From assembly GCA_022820675.1 (NCBI GenBank), contig JAJEFC010000346.1, positions 3,387 to 67,386 of the forward strand: 64,000 nt of DNA, in the 5' to 3' direction. The notes beneath the pieces are model-generated. The model worked only from the letters and a program-made list of their open reading frames with translations. It was not told the DNA's origin and did not search any database. Of the stretch, positions 41,150 through 51,359 are shown in pieces (within the stretch, counting starts at the first letter, position 1; every line of letters begins with the position of its first letter). Position numbers and translations under genes: made by a program. This stretch comes from Vicinamibacteria bacterium. GTDB lineage: Bacteria > Acidobacteriota > Vicinamibacteria > Vicinamibacterales > UBA8438.

Positions 41150-41542
41150 TCAGGATGCCGTCGACCTTGCGTAGTAGCGCACGCCGGAGACGCCCTCGAA
41201 GTCGGCGTCCTGGGTCCACAGCGTCGCACGGTTGGCTCGTGCGGTCGCCAGGATGATCGCATCGCCCATCGCGAGGCCGCGCTCGTGCGCGAGCCACGCC
41301 GCTTCCAGGGCCAGCGCCTGAGACAGGGCGATCTCCCGTCCCCGGCGCATCAATGCGGCCGCCTGGACCGCATCGTCCTCTCCCCGTTCGCGCAGGACGA
41401 CCCGGAAGACCTCGTAGAGACTGATCGTGGGGACCAGGAGTCGACTCGGATCGGCGAGCGGCGCCGCGAAGTGGCGGGCATTCGGGCCATCGGTGAGGTA
41501 CTCCAGCCAGCCGGAGGAGTCGATGACGTGCAACCCGTCCAT
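41150..41542 (-). CDS. vapC: type II toxin VapC (PIN domain)
   Basis: 130 aa with VIDSSGWLEYL (first acidic residue), ISLYEV, DAIILATA and LWTQDADF. All four PIN acidic positions are plausible. Confidence 0.8.
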   Translation of the reverse strand: MDGLHVIDSSGWLEYLTDGPNARHFAAPLADPSRLLVPTISLYEVFRVVLRERGEDDAVQAAALMRRGREIALSQALALEAAWLAHERGLAMGDAIILATARANRATLWTQDADFEGVSGVRYYARSTAS

Positions 41543-41551
41543 CGGCCGCGT

Positions 41552-41776
41552 TCACAGCGGGCGGTCCGGCTCGCGCTCGACGCGCGTATCGATGCCGGCG
41601 AGCCAGCCTCGCATCTCGCGGATGTCCCGCATCGGCACCAGCTCGATGCGGTTCCTGTACTGCACGACCTGGAGTCGCTGGCCGGCCTTGAGGCCGAGGG
41701 ATTCCCGCACCGCCTTGGGAATGACGACCTGGAACTTCGGGGAGATCTTCACCTGATCCATGATGTGCGGATCCAT
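41552..41776 (-). CDS. vapB: AbrB/MazE/SpoVT-type antitoxin (VapB)
   Basis: VKISPKFQVVIPKAVRESLGLKAGQRLQVVQYRNRIELVP is a swapped-hairpin AbrB-type domain. There are two possible ATG starts (41776 and 41761) created by a 15-nt tandem duplication (HIMDPHIMD). It ends 9 nt before vapC. Confidence 0.75.
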   Translation of the reverse strand: MDPHIMDQVKISPKFQVVIPKAVRESLGLKAGQRLQVVQYRNRIELVPMRDIREMRGWLAGIDTRVEREPDRPL

Positions 41777-41994
41777 GATGTGCGTAGCCGGGACATCGAT
41801 CGGGAAACCGTAATACGAGTCTAGCACGACCGTGCCGGACCCCTCGCGTGGCACCGGGTCGACGCTCGGTGCGCCCCTGGCCGCGCGTCGCGCGGGGGTC
41901 CGTCTTGGAGGTTGGCTCTCGCGGGCGGAGTGCGTACCATAGGGGGTAGGCGCGCACGGCGAGCCCGCGTCGCCGATGGAAGGAGAATTCTCTG

Positions 41995-42984
41995 ATGAGC
42001 ACGGCATGTCGCACAGCCTGCGCCGCGGCGGTCCTGGCCGCGGTCGCCGCCCTCGGCGCCGCGCCGGCGGGGGCGCAGGAGTACACCGGCCCCCGGACCC
42101 CGGACGGCCAGCCCGACATCCAGGGCGTGTGGACCAACTTCGACCCCACCCCGTTCGAGGCCCCCGACGAGGCGGACATCGAGCGGCTGGCCCCGCTGGC
42201 CGCGTGGTTCCCCGGCAGCAACCAGCCTCAGCGGGCGCCGGCGATGCCCCAGTCCGTCGAGGACCGGGCGCGCCCCCCGCAGGGCCCGTGGGGAGACGGC
42301 CCCGGCGACGCCCTCCGCAACCCGCGGCGCCGGTCGATGATCGTCGACCCGCCCAACGGCCGGCTGCCTGTCCGTGACGAGGCCCGGGCCATCCGCGACT
42401 ACAACCTGATCAACCTCACCGACTCGTGGCTGAACCACACCCCGTGGGAGCGGTGCATCACCCGCGGCGTGCCGGGGGGCATCTTCCCGCCGGGCTACGG
42501 GGCGGGCTACCAGATCCTGCAGATTCCCGGCCACGTGGTGCTCTTCTACGAGATGATCCACGAGGCCCGCATCATCCCCGTGGACGGCAGTCCCCACCTG
42601 CCCGACAGCATCCGCCAGTGGAACGGCGACGCGCGCGGGCGCTGGGAGGGGAACACCCTGGTGGTGGAGACCACCAACTACAACGACCAGGGCACCATCG
42701 GCACCAACATCGCGACCCGGGGCGTGCGCGGCATTCCCCAGAGCGAGAACCTGCGGGTGGTCGAGCGGTTCACGCGGAACGACGACGACACCATCACCTA
42801 CGAGGTGACCGTCGACGACAACACCGTGTTCACCTCGCCGTGGACGGTGGCCATGCCCCTGAACCGGGACACCACCTACCAGCTCTTCGAGTACGCCTGC
42901 CACGAGGGCAACTACGGGCTCGAGAACAGCCTGCGGGCGGGCCGGGCCGAGGACGCGGAGGCGGCCGCGGCCACCCAGCAGTGA
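41995..42984 (+). CDS. secreted protein of unknown function (ACHEGNYG motif), paralogue of 19268..20263
   Basis: ATG at 41995, 9 nt after AAGGAG. Signal peptide ends in PAGAQE. See the alignment blocks listed for the 19268 gene. Confidence 0.7.
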   Translation: MSTACRTACAAAVLAAVAALGAAPAGAQEYTGPRTPDGQPDIQGVWTNFDPTPFEAPDEADIERLAPLAAWFPGSNQPQRAPAMPQSVEDRARPPQGPWGDGPGDALRNPRRRSMIVDPPNGRLPVRDEARAIRDYNLINLTDSWLNHTPWERCITRGVPGGIFPPGYGAGYQILQIPGHVVLFYEMIHEARIIPVDGSPHLPDSIRQWNGDARGRWEGNTLVVETTNYNDQGTIGTNIATRGVRGIPQSENLRVVERFTRNDDDTITYEVTVDDNTVFTSPWTVAMPLNRDTTYQLFEYACHEGNYGLENSLRAGRAEDAEAAAATQQ

Positions 42985-43113
42985 CGGCCCGCTGACGGCG
43001 CGCCGGTTGCGAAAGGACGGGGGACCCGCGGCGCGGGCCCCCTCGTCCACCATGGCGCAGTGGGTCGCCGCGAGGGCGTCTTCCCGTCTCCTCCGCTCGT
43101 GTACGATCGCCGA

Positions 43114-44712
43114 GTGACTCACGACTACGTCATCGTCGGGGCGGGCACCGCCGGCTGCGTGCTCGCCAACCGGCTGTCGGCCGACCCGGACGCCAGCGTG
43201 CTGCTGCTCGAGGCGGGGGGCAGGGACGACTACTTCTGGATCGACATCCCCGTCGGCTACCTCTACACCATCGGCAACCCCCGCACCGACTGGTGCTACC
43301 GCATCGAGCCCGACCCCGGGCTGAACGGCCGGACCATCCTGTACGCCCGCGGCCGCGTCCTCGGCGGCTGCTCCTCGATCAACGCGATGATCTACATGCG
43401 GGGGCAGCGGAGCGACTACGACCACTGGGCGTCGCTCGGCAACCGCGGCTGGGGCTGGGACGACGTGCTGCCGGTCTTCATGCGGTCGGAGGACTACCAG
43501 CACGGCGCCGACGAGTGCCACGGGGCAGGCGGCGAGATGCGGGTCGAGGAGCGGCGGGTGAGCTGGGAGATCCTCGACGCGTGGCGCGACGCGGCCGAGG
43601 AGTGCGGCATCCCCAAGATCGCCGAGTTCAACCGGGGCGACAACTTCGGCAACGCCTACTTCCAGATGAACCAGCGCGCCGGCCGGCGCTGGAGCGGCAC
43701 CAAGGCGTACCTGCGGCCGGTCATGCACCGGCCGAACCTGACCGTGCGGACCGGCGCCCAGGTGCGGCGCATCGCGGTGGAGGCGGGCGACGCGGGGCCG
43801 CGCGCGACCGGGGTCGAGCTGCTGGGGGGCGAGCGGCTCGAGGCGCGGCGCGAGGTCATCCTCGCCGCCGGGGCCATCGGCTCGCCGCAGATCCTGCAGC
43901 TCTCGGGCATCGGCCCCGGTCCCCTGCTGCAGGAGCACGGCATCGACGTCGTCCACGACCTGGCCGGGGTGGGCGAGAACCTGCACGACCACCTGCAGAT
44001 CCGCACCATCTACAAGGTCGAGAACACCGTCACCCTGAACCTGCGGGTGAACTCGCTGTTCGGCAAGGCGGCGATGGGGCTGGAGTACCTGCTGTTCAAG
44101 ACCGGGCCGCTGACGATGCCCCCGTCGCAGCTCGGGGCGTTCGCGCGAAGCGATCCGTCGCGGGCGTCGGCCAACATGGAGTGGCACGTGCAGCCCCTGT
44201 CGCTCGACAAGTTCGGCGACCCGCTGCACCGGTTCAACGCGATCACGCCGTCGGTCGCCAACCTGCAGCCGACCAGCCGCGGGCACGTCCGCATCAAGGA
44301 CGCCGACCCGCGGCAAGCCCCGGCCATCACCCTGAACTACCTGTCCACCGACGAGGACCTCCGGGTGGCGGTGGCCGGGCTTCGGTTCACCCGGCGCATC
44401 ATGGCCGCGCAGGCCCTGGCCCGGTTCGAGCCCGAGGAGTGGAAGCCCGGCCTCGAGATCGAGAGCGACGAGGCGCTGGCCGCCGCCGCCCGGGACCTCG
44501 GCACGACGATCTTCCACCCCGTCGGGACGTGCAGGATGGGGAGCGACCCCGGCGCGGTCGTCGACGACCGGCTCGCCGTGCACGGCGTATCGGGGCTCCG
44601 GGTCATCGACGCCTCGGTCATGCCGCGCATCACGTCGGGCAACACCAACGCTCCCACGGTGATGATCGCGGAGAAGGGGGCGGAGTTCGTGCTGGAGGAC
44701 GCGGTGGGGTGA
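43114..44712 (+). CDS. GMC family oxidoreductase (choline dehydrogenase-like flavoprotein)
   Basis: [19 protein letters not shown] (FAD-binding fold), [14 protein letters not shown] and HPVGTCRMG are present. I prefer GTG at 43114 just before the Rossmann motif. The track ORF begins at 43060. Confidence 0.9.
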   Translation: MTHDYVIVGAGTAGCVLANRLSADPDASVLLLEAGGRDDYFWIDIPVGYLYTIGNPRTDWCYRIEPDPGLNGRTILYARGRVLGGCSSINAMIYMRGQRSDYDHWASLGNRGWGWDDVLPVFMRSEDYQHGADECHGAGGEMRVEERRVSWEILDAWRDAAEECGIPKIAEFNRGDNFGNAYFQMNQRAGRRWSGTKAYLRPVMHRPNLTVRTGAQVRRIAVEAGDAGPRATGVELLGGERLEARREVILAAGAIGSPQILQLSGIGPGPLLQEHGIDVVHDLAGVGENLHDHLQIRTIYKVENTVTLNLRVNSLFGKAAMGLEYLLFKTGPLTMPPSQLGAFARSDPSRASANMEWHVQPLSLDKFGDPLHRFNAITPSVANLQPTSRGHVRIKDADPRQAPAITLNYLSTDEDLRVAVAGLRFTRRIMAAQALARFEPEEWKPGLEIESDEALAAAARDLGTTIFHPVGTCRMGSDPGAVVDDRLAVHGVSGLRVIDASVMPRITSGNTNAPTVMIAEKGAEFVLEDAVG

Positions 44713-44754
44713 ACGCGGCCAGCACGACGCGGCAGTTGGCTGACGGGCCGGGGC

Positions 44755-45003
44755 CTACGGCATCTCGTCTCCTGGAACGGGGCGCTGGCCGACGCCGGCC
44801 CGCGCGAGGATGCGGCGTGCCGCCGGGAGGTCGCCTCTGGCCGCCCGCTCGGCGAAGTACTGTTCGGTTCGAAGCGCGGACAGCTTCTCGGCGACCGCGA
44901 CGTTGATCAACTGGTTCACCGCCACGCCCTCCGCCTTGGCGAGCTTCCGCACCTCCTCCAGCAATGCGGGCTGAAGCCTCAGCGCGAAGTTGCTCTTCTT
45001 CAT
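44755..45003 (-). CDS. HicB-like / Arc-MetJ ribbon-helix-helix antitoxin-like protein, orphan
   Basis: ATG at 45003. [41 protein letters not shown] is the HicB-family RHH pattern. No HicA-like partner is adjacent. Confidence 0.55.
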   Translation of the reverse strand: MKKSNFALRLQPALLEEVRKLAKAEGVAVNQLINVAVAEKLSALRTEQYFAERAARGDLPAARRILARAGVGQRPVPGDEMP

Positions 45004-45033
45004 TGGTCGTTCCATTATGACGGTGGCCGAAGC

Positions 45034-45828
45034 ATGAGCGTGAGGATCATTCAGGTCGACGCCTTCACCCGCGAGCCGTTCGGCGGGAACCCGGCCGCCG
45101 TGTGCGTGTTGCCGCGGCCGGCGGAGCCGGCGTGGATGCAACGGGTTGCGCGCGAGATGAACCTGTCGGAGACGGCGTTCCTGGTGGGCCGCGAGTCGGG
45201 CGGGTACGACCTGCGGTGGTTCACCCCGACCGTCGAGGTGGACCTGTGCGGCCATGCGACGCTGGCCTCCGCCCATGTCCTCTGGGAGGACCGACACCTC
45301 GCGCCGGCCGCCCCCGCCGTCTTCCACACGCGCTCGGGCCGGCTGTCGGCGGAGCGCCGCGGCGACTGGATCGAGATGGACTTCCCCGCGGAGCCGGACG
45401 AGCCCGCGCCGCCGCCCGACGGGCTCGCGCGCGTCCTCGGGGCCGAGCCGGCCTACGTCGGCCGGAACCGGTTCGACTATCTCGTCGAGGTCGACTCGGA
45501 GGCGACGGTGCGGGGGATCGCCCCGGACCTCAACGCCCTGGGGCGGCTGCCTGTCCGCGGCGTCATCGTCACCGCGCGCGGCGAGACCGAGGGGTTCGAC
45601 TTCGTGTCGCGCTTCTTCGCCCCTCGCGCCGGGGTCGACGAGGACCCGGTCACGGGGTCCGCACACTGTTGCCTCGGCCCCTACTGGCGCCGCAGGCTCG
45701 GCCGCGACGCGTTCACCGCGTGGCAGGCGTCGGCGCGCGGCGGGGTGGTCAAGCTCGCGGTGGCCGGCGACCGGGTCCGGTTGTCGGGGCAGGCGGTCAC
45801 CGTCCTGCGGGGTGAGCTGCTGGCGTGA
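45034..45828 (+). CDS. PhzF family isomerase
   Basis: IIQVDAFTREPFGGNPAAV, MNLSETAFL, RWFTPTVEVDLCGHATLA and DPVTGSAHC are canonical PhzF blocks. Confidence 0.9.
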   Translation: MSVRIIQVDAFTREPFGGNPAAVCVLPRPAEPAWMQRVAREMNLSETAFLVGRESGGYDLRWFTPTVEVDLCGHATLASAHVLWEDRHLAPAAPAVFHTRSGRLSAERRGDWIEMDFPAEPDEPAPPPDGLARVLGAEPAYVGRNRFDYLVEVDSEATVRGIAPDLNALGRLPVRGVIVTARGETEGFDFVSRFFAPRAGVDEDPVTGSAHCCLGPYWRRRLGRDAFTAWQASARGGVVKLAVAGDRVRLSGQAVTVLRGELLA

Positions 45829-45879
45829 CGCGTGGTCGCTCCGGCGCGTTCCCCGAGCCGGAAGGGGCGCCGGGCACCG

Positions 45880-45970
45880 TCAGGGGCATGAATGTAACGC
45901 CTTCAGGGGCAGGAATGTAGCGCTTTTTGGGGGCAGGAATGTAACGCTGTCAGCGGCAGGAATGTAACCG
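45880..45970. repeat. four direct repeats of GGCA(G/T)GAATGTA(A/G)C with 23-24 bp period
   Basis: The GGCA cores start at 45885, 45908, 45932 and 45955. The extended matches are tcaggggcatgaatgtaacgc, tcaggggcaggaatgtagcgc, ggggcaggaatgtaacgc and tcagcggcaggaatgtaaccg. The array lies between two convergent stop codons (45828 and 46024). Confidence 0.9.
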
Positions 45971-46023
45971 GCCGGGGGCAGTCCGCGACGGGAGTTCCCG
46001 CGGCGGAAGGACATCGCTCTACA

Positions 46024-49000
46024 TCAGCGTTTGAGTGCCAGATCGGCGCTGACGTCGCGGAGGAGCTTGTCGATCGACTCCAGCGTGTTCGATTGGATGT
46101 CCTTGACGCTGGCGCCCAGGGTCACGTCGAGCCGGAACTCCAGCGGCAGTCCGGCAGCGGCCTTCACGATCTCCGGCAGCGCGTCGACCAGATCCTGCAG
46201 CGCCGCGGGATCGAGCACCGCGGACGACCCGTACCCGGCCGTGGTCTTCGAGACGGCCGGCGAGACGGAGGTCGGATCGAACCCGGTGGGCGGTCTCAGC
46301 GAGACCGTCCCCGCGGCGGCCACTTCGCACGGCCAGGGGCCGCTTTCGGGCGTGGTCTCCAGCCAGCGGGACGCGATGGCGTCTTCGACCGCCCGGCGCA
46401 GCACCGCCCAGGGCAGGGGATTGCCCTCCTGGTTGGCGAGGGCGATAGAGAGCGCCAGCACCGTCGTTTCGTCCGCCTTCCAGGCGTCCGGCACGGCGTT
46501 CTTCAGCAGGCGCTGCACGGGCACGGGCTCCAGCGGCGCTCGCAGCGCCGCCGCGGGGGTCAGCACGCCGGCCGGCAGCGGCTCGCCCTGGAAGCTGGCC
46601 GGTCCGTTCAGCAGCCACAGGCTGCCCTGCTGTACCGCTGCCGCGACCGCCGCTTCGACGGCGTTCGCGGGGCAGGCTGGAATGTCCATCGGTTCCTCGT
46701 AGCCCTCCCGGAGCACCGTGACCGTCCGGCCGCCCGAGAAGTAGTCGACGACGGCGGCGACGGTGATCGAGTCGCCGGCCCAGAGCTCCGGCAGGACGCC
46801 GGGCGCCAGGACGCCGGGGTCGAGGTCGGAGAGGGTCGCCGCCGCAGGCAGGAAGAGCTCGAGGGCCGGCTCCGACCGCGCCGCCTCGTCGATCGGCGTC
46901 CGCCACCAGGTCTTGACCGACCGGTCGGGCCGCGGGAGCGACGCGACGAACAGGCCGTCCCGCACGCCCCGGTCGATGGTGGCCAGGATCTCCTGCGTGC
47001 GGAGCATCTTGGGCAGCCGCGGGTTCTCCGCGAACGCACTCGCGAGGTCCTTGACGCGGCGGGACGGCTCGTCGTCGCGCCACAAGTCGTACGGTCCCCC
47101 CGGCAGCATCGCCTCGGCGTTGATCGGCGCCTCCTGGACGCGTGCCCGCCGGTCGGCCTTGACGGTCTCGAACAACGGATCGGAGCCGACCGTCACCCGG
47201 AACGCCTGGACCTCGTTCTGCGGGTTCACGGTCACGACGATGGTCCACGCCTGCCGAATCGCCTCGGGAATCCGGCGGCGCGCGTCCTCGGTCCACGTCG
47301 CCAGCATCTCCTCGCGCACCGGGTCCTGCGGCTGGCCCCTGAGCTGGTGCTGCACGTCGTCCCACCCGAGGTAGTCGCGGACGCGGGTGCGCGCCACCTC
47401 GAGCCCGTCGGTCGAGGGCGCCACCAGCACCACGGCGTTGCGCCGGATGCGGGGGCGGTCGGGGCCGGTCGTCTCGTCGAGGAAGCGGCGCGCGGCTCGG
47501 CTCGGCCGTCCCGCGTTCGAGACGCACGCCGGCGGCAGGACGGCGAAGTGGAACTCGCCGTCGTCCTCGACGTCCCGGGGCCGCTCCGGCAGCATGTGCA
47601 CCCGCACGCCGGACGCCCGCGCGCCGTGGGTCAGGCTCTTCGTCGCGCGGATCTCGGCCAGCAGCTTCACCTCGACCGCTTCCGCGGTGACGCGGTTCGT
47701 GCAGGCGTCGTGGTGCATCTGATTCAGGTTCGGCCGGTTCCCGAGCCGCCACGCCTTCGGCAGCGGCGGCGGGCCGCCGTCCGTCGCCGGTTCGCTCCCG
47801 AATTCGTTCTCGTCGAGGAACCACGACAGATCCGTCCAGCGGCGCAGCCCCTGCTCCAGCTCGATGCGGTCGGGGCGCGTGGCGCCCACCAGCCCGATGA
47901 GGTCTCTCGTCTGGGCCTTCTGACCGGTCGGCTGCGAGGCGAGGAACACCGTGCAGACGGCCTGTTCGATCTCGCGGCCCCTCAGTCCGCTCTGTTCGTC
48001 CTGAATGGCCCGCGCCTTGGCGAGTTCGCCTTCCAGGATCGCCGCCCAGTCGTTGCCGCGGCTTTCGGTCGCTTCTCGCGTCGCGACGCCGGTCAGCTCG
48101 CGGGCCGCCTCGGCGATGCCGTCGCGGCCGGGCGCCGGCAGGAAGATGTTCGGGCCGACCAGGGGCGACGTGTCCCAGCTCTCGGCGTCGCGCAGCGCGA
48201 TGGCGAACGTCCGCAGGATGCCGCGCGTTCGCTGGAACCGGTCGAGCTGCGTCCAGCGCACGTAGAAGAGGTCGGTCAGGTCGGGGTGGAAGGGATAGCC
48301 GCGGGCGAAGCGATCCTCGGCGCTCTTGCGGTCCTTGCGGACGACGTCGTCCACCGCGGCGAGGTTGCGCACGGCGGTCGTCACGTGCGGCAGGAACGCG
48401 TCCGAATCGGCGATCGACGCGGGGGTGAAGAAACGCCGGCGCAGCACCTCGGCCACATCCTCTTTCTGGACCGGCTGCACGCCCTCCTCCTTCTGCCGGT
48501 TGAAGATCTCCGCGATCTGCGCGCTGATGGCCTTGCCCGTCTCGTCGCTCTTGTCGATGTCCGAGGCGAGCAGCGACGCCACGAGCGCACAGCGGTCGAC
48601 CTTGGTCACCGCCTGGCACAGATACTGGAAGAAGTCGGTCAGCCGCCCGCGCCACGCCTCGTCCACCGCGACCTTGCCGCGCGCGAACATCAGCACCTCG
48701 TCGATGAGCACGAGCGTCGCCAGCCCCTCGGCCTGGGGCCGCGACAGCAGATCGACCAGCAGCGGCTCGGCCGGGGCGGTCTCGCGCTCCTCGTCCCGGC
48801 CCTCGGCGTGCAGCGCCCGGATGCCGGCTGCGCCGGCGATCTGGAAGGCGAGCACGCTCCACGGGTGTTTCAGCCAGCGCAGCTCGCCCGCCGGCCCGCG
48901 CACCTCCATCCCCTTCTCGACGTCCAGCTTGTCGAACGCGAGCGCCGCGACCCGCGCCGGCGGCAACGACGCGCCTACGTCCGACCGGAACTGCTCGACC

Positions 49001-49344
49001 GCGGGCAGGTTCGGCAGCGACGCGGGGTCGTGCGCGAGATGCCGCAGCGCCACCAGCGTGTGCGTCTTGCCGCCGCCGTAGGTCAGCTCGAGCTGCCGCA
49101 CCGCCTTGGTGTTGCGGCCCGCAAGGCGAAGCATGACGTCCCGCGCCAGCTCGCGCAGCGAGAAGGTTGGGTAGGTCAGCGCGAAGAAGCGCGCGGGGTC
49201 TTCGTAGATCGGCCGCGCTCCCCGCTGCATGATGACGTCGTGGAGGTCGGCGGCGAAGTCGGCCAGCGACAGCTCGCCGGTGCGCACGTCCTCGCGCAGC
49301 TTCACAACACGGTGCCAAGGGGTCCAGGGGAGCTTCTGGGACAT
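46024..49344 (-). CDS. DUF499 domain ATPase (COG1483-like), ATPase component of helicase-methylase-ATPase (Hma-like) system
   Basis: ATG at 49344 (MSQKLPWTPWHRVVKLREDVRTGELSLADFAADLHDV). Walker A-like GGGKTH and Walker B-like LVLIDEV are present. The N-terminal text is as I remember for DUF499 proteins. Confidence 0.85.
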   Translation of the reverse strand: MSQKLPWTPWHRVVKLREDVRTGELSLADFAADLHDVIMQRGARPIYEDPARFFALTYPTFSLRELARDVMLRLAGRNTKAVRQLELTYGGGKTHTLVALRHLAHDPASLPNLPAVEQFRSDVGASLPPARVAALAFDKLDVEKGMEVRGPAGELRWLKHPWSVLAFQIAGAAGIRALHAEGRDEERETAPAEPLLVDLLSRPQAEGLATLVLIDEVLMFARGKVAVDEAWRGRLTDFFQYLCQAVTKVDRCALVASLLASDIDKSDETGKAISAQIAEIFNRQKEEGVQPVQKEDVAEVLRRRFFTPASIADSDAFLPHVTTAVRNLAAVDDVVRKDRKSAEDRFARGYPFHPDLTDLFYVRWTQLDRFQRTRGILRTFAIALRDAESWDTSPLVGPNIFLPAPGRDGIAEAARELTGVATREATESRGNDWAAILEGELAKARAIQDEQSGLRGREIEQAVCTVFLASQPTGQKAQTRDLIGLVGATRPDRIELEQGLRRWTDLSWFLDENEFGSEPATDGGPPPLPKAWRLGNRPNLNQMHHDACTNRVTAEAVEVKLLAEIRATKSLTHGARASGVRVHMLPERPRDVEDDGEFHFAVLPPACVSNAGRPSRAARRFLDETTGPDRPRIRRNAVVLVAPSTDGLEVARTRVRDYLGWDDVQHQLRGQPQDPVREEMLATWTEDARRRIPEAIRQAWTIVVTVNPQNEVQAFRVTVGSDPLFETVKADRRARVQEAPINAEAMLPGGPYDLWRDDEPSRRVKDLASAFAENPRLPKMLRTQEILATIDRGVRDGLFVASLPRPDRSVKTWWRTPIDEAARSEPALELFLPAAATLSDLDPGVLAPGVLPELWAGDSITVAAVVDYFSGGRTVTVLREGYEEPMDIPACPANAVEAAVAAAVQQGSLWLLNGPASFQGEPLPAGVLTPAAALRAPLEPVPVQRLLKNAVPDAWKADETTVLALSIALANQEGNPLPWAVLRRAVEDAIASRWLETTPESGPWPCEVAAAGTVSLRPPTGFDPTSVSPAVSKTTAGYGSSAVLDPAALQDLVDALPEIVKAAAGLPLEFRLDVTLGASVKDIQSNTLESIDKLLRDVSADLALKR

Positions 49345-49357
49345 CTGCTGGTCTCGT

Positions 49358-49930
49358 TCAGTTCCGGCCAACTACGGCCTGTAGCCGTCGGGCGAGGTTG
49401 TCGAAGTCCTCGGGACACTTCCGCCGGATCGCGTCGATTCGGCCGGCCGCTTCCTCGCCCAGCGGCTTCCGGCCGCCGCCGGGTGCGCGGTGAACCCCGC
49501 GGTCTTGGGCGACTCTGTCGAAATAGCGTTCCTTCACGTGGACCTCCGCGCGAACGTCCCGCCAACGCCAGTCGTCGGGCAGCTCGAGGCCCGCGAGTAC
49601 CCACGTCTCCAGTTCCTCCCAAGCGTTCTCCGCCAACAAGACGCAGCCGTCGCCGAACTCCTTCTCCAAGGCTTGGAGTCTGTCCCGCCGGTGCTCTTCG
49701 CCGTCACGGTCGACGCAAAGGATGAACATACTCGTCATACCGCCGTGCCGCGTGACAACCTCCGACGTGCGGGATGACTTCAGGGCTTCGCCGACACCCC
49801 CGAGTACCGGGTCTTCGCATACCCGAACGCGGGCCGTCGGCCTGCCGATGGCCCGAAAGAGGGACTTGAACAGCGGTTTCAGGATGTACTTGTCCTTTCG
49901 GGAATCCTCCGGAATGACCAGAACATTCAC
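49358..49930 (-). CDS. small TOPRIM-like / DUF4276-like protein, partner of the upstream ABC-type ATPase
   Basis: The GTG start overlaps the ATPase stop (GTGA at 49927-49930). It has an N-terminal acidic strand (VLVIPEDSRKD) and a later ILCVDRDGEE (DxD-like), the layout of a TOPRIM/OLD-type nuclease domain. The family assignment is not certain. Confidence 0.5.
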   Translation of the reverse strand: MNVLVIPEDSRKDKYILKPLFKSLFRAIGRPTARVRVCEDPVLGGVGEALKSSRTSEVVTRHGGMTSMFILCVDRDGEEHRRDRLQALEKEFGDGCVLLAENAWEELETWVLAGLELPDDWRWRDVRAEVHVKERYFDRVAQDRGVHRAPGGGRKPLGEEAAGRIDAIRRKCPEDFDNLARRLQAVVGRN

Positions 49931-51216
49931 GACTGCTGATCTCCCCGGTCGTCTTCGGTGAAGGCGAGCGCCGTTTCCATCCAGCCCGACTCGTGCAGCC
50001 TCCCCAGTCCCTGGTCCTGCCGCAGCTCTCGAGCCTTGGGAAGATCAACGACCCGGCGGATCACCCCGTTGGCGGTGTCTTCGAGTCGGCAGGTCACGGA
50101 GGTGTGCTCGAACGTGTCGTCCTTCATCACGGTCAGGAGCGTCGGCGAATGCGTCGTTCCGACCACCTGCGTGCGGCCTCTCGTCGGTCCCTCGAACAGA
50201 TCCAGCAACAATCCGAGCCGGACAGGGTGAATGCCGTTGTCGATCTCCTCGAAGAAATACAGTCCGGCCGTGTTCTCAGCGAGCAACGCAGCCAGCATCG
50301 CCAGGAAACGCAACGTACCGTCCGAGACGCTGTACGCGGACAGCTTCCGCTGGTCGGACTCGCGAATCACGAGCTGGACCAGTCCGGTCACCGGGTCGAC
50401 GGGAAACTCGAAGTCGGTGACGTCCATGGGCGTGAGTTCGCGAACCCAGCCGATCAGGCTGTCGGCTCTTTCCTGGTTGGCGCAGATCTGCCGAAGCACG
50501 GTCGGCAGGTTCTCGCCAGTATCGCCCAGCACGGTCTGTCCGGGGAACGCCGGCCGTCGCATGCGGTCGGGTATCAGGTCGAGAAAACGCATGTTCGCGA
50601 AGACTTCGATCACCCTTCTTGCGTAGTCCTTGTGGGCACGCACCACGCGTTTGTGTTCCTCGATCTGCGTCAGAGCCGGCTGGTCCGGCCGCACAGCGAT
50701 CCGATCGCCGTACTTGCGCTGCGTGCCAGTTTTCCGCATTCGGAGCAGCAGGTGCGTGTCGTCATCCTGGTATCCGACAGGATCCGAGTAGGGAGGGTCG
50801 CTCGTGTAGATCGGCTCCGCGCCTGTCCAGGTCGAGAGCTCCTCACGCGTGACTCGGAAATTACCGGAGTCCGCCGCGCTTCGGGATATGTCGATGCGGT
50901 AATGCGCGGGTGTATTGCCGAGCTTCAGTCGAACCTCAAGGGCGAATCGATGTCCAGATTCGGTGTCGGCCAGGCGCCCGATCTCATTGGGGGCGCCGCG
51001 AACCGCCTGCCACTCGGTCTGACCGCCTGGTCCGTACTTGCCGCCGAGAATCTCCGCCAACGTGTAGCCGCGTCCGATGCCGTGCAAGAAGCGGAACGCG
51101 TCCCGGATATTGCTCTTGCCGCTGGCGTTCGTGCCCACGATCACGGTGAACGGCCCGACGCGGAGTGTTTCGTCGGCGAAGTTCTTGAAGTCGACGAGTC
51201 GAAGCGAGGTGATCAT
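49927..51216 (-). CDS. ABC/SMC-like AAA ATPase (AAA_15/AAA_21-type)
   Basis: In-frame ATG at 51216. MITSLRLVDFKNFADETLRVGPFTVIVGTNASGKSNIRDAF (Walker A), SDGTLRFLAMLAALL (signature-like) and LYFFEEIDNGIHP (Walker B) are present. Confidence 0.8.
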   Translation of the reverse strand: MITSLRLVDFKNFADETLRVGPFTVIVGTNASGKSNIRDAFRFLHGIGRGYTLAEILGGKYGPGGQTEWQAVRGAPNEIGRLADTESGHRFALEVRLKLGNTPAHYRIDISRSAADSGNFRVTREELSTWTGAEPIYTSDPPYSDPVGYQDDDTHLLLRMRKTGTQRKYGDRIAVRPDQPALTQIEEHKRVVRAHKDYARRVIEVFANMRFLDLIPDRMRRPAFPGQTVLGDTGENLPTVLRQICANQERADSLIGWVRELTPMDVTDFEFPVDPVTGLVQLVIRESDQRKLSAYSVSDGTLRFLAMLAALLAENTAGLYFFEEIDNGIHPVRLGLLLDLFEGPTRGRTQVVGTTHSPTLLTVMKDDTFEHTSVTCRLEDTANGVIRRVVDLPKARELRQDQGLGRLHESGWMETALAFTEDDRGDQQS

Positions 51217-51359
51217 GGCTTCGTTTCCCACCCTGACGGTCGTTCGGCGGGAATCGCCCCTCCAGGAACGTGTCCGAGGATGGCCGGGCGGTTCGCCGCG
51301 GGTGGGCCGCACAAGGCACCAACGAGCGCCGTGGAATCGGACAGCCGGTGGGTCATCGG

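Noticed and set aside
45880-45970. CRISPR array interpretation of the four phased repeats
   Set aside because: The unit-to-unit period is only 23-24 bp, so the would-be spacers are about 8-10 nt. There are no cas genes and only four units. I kept it as a repeat or possible element-end feature instead.
46093-49725. 1210-aa plus-strand ORF over the DUF499 ATPase gene; similar long + strand ORFs at 14610-17105, 38351-41125, 51803-54160 and 22230-24479
   Set aside because: All are antisense to genes with clear motifs, have low-complexity Arg/Gly-rich translations and lack credible starts or SD sequences.
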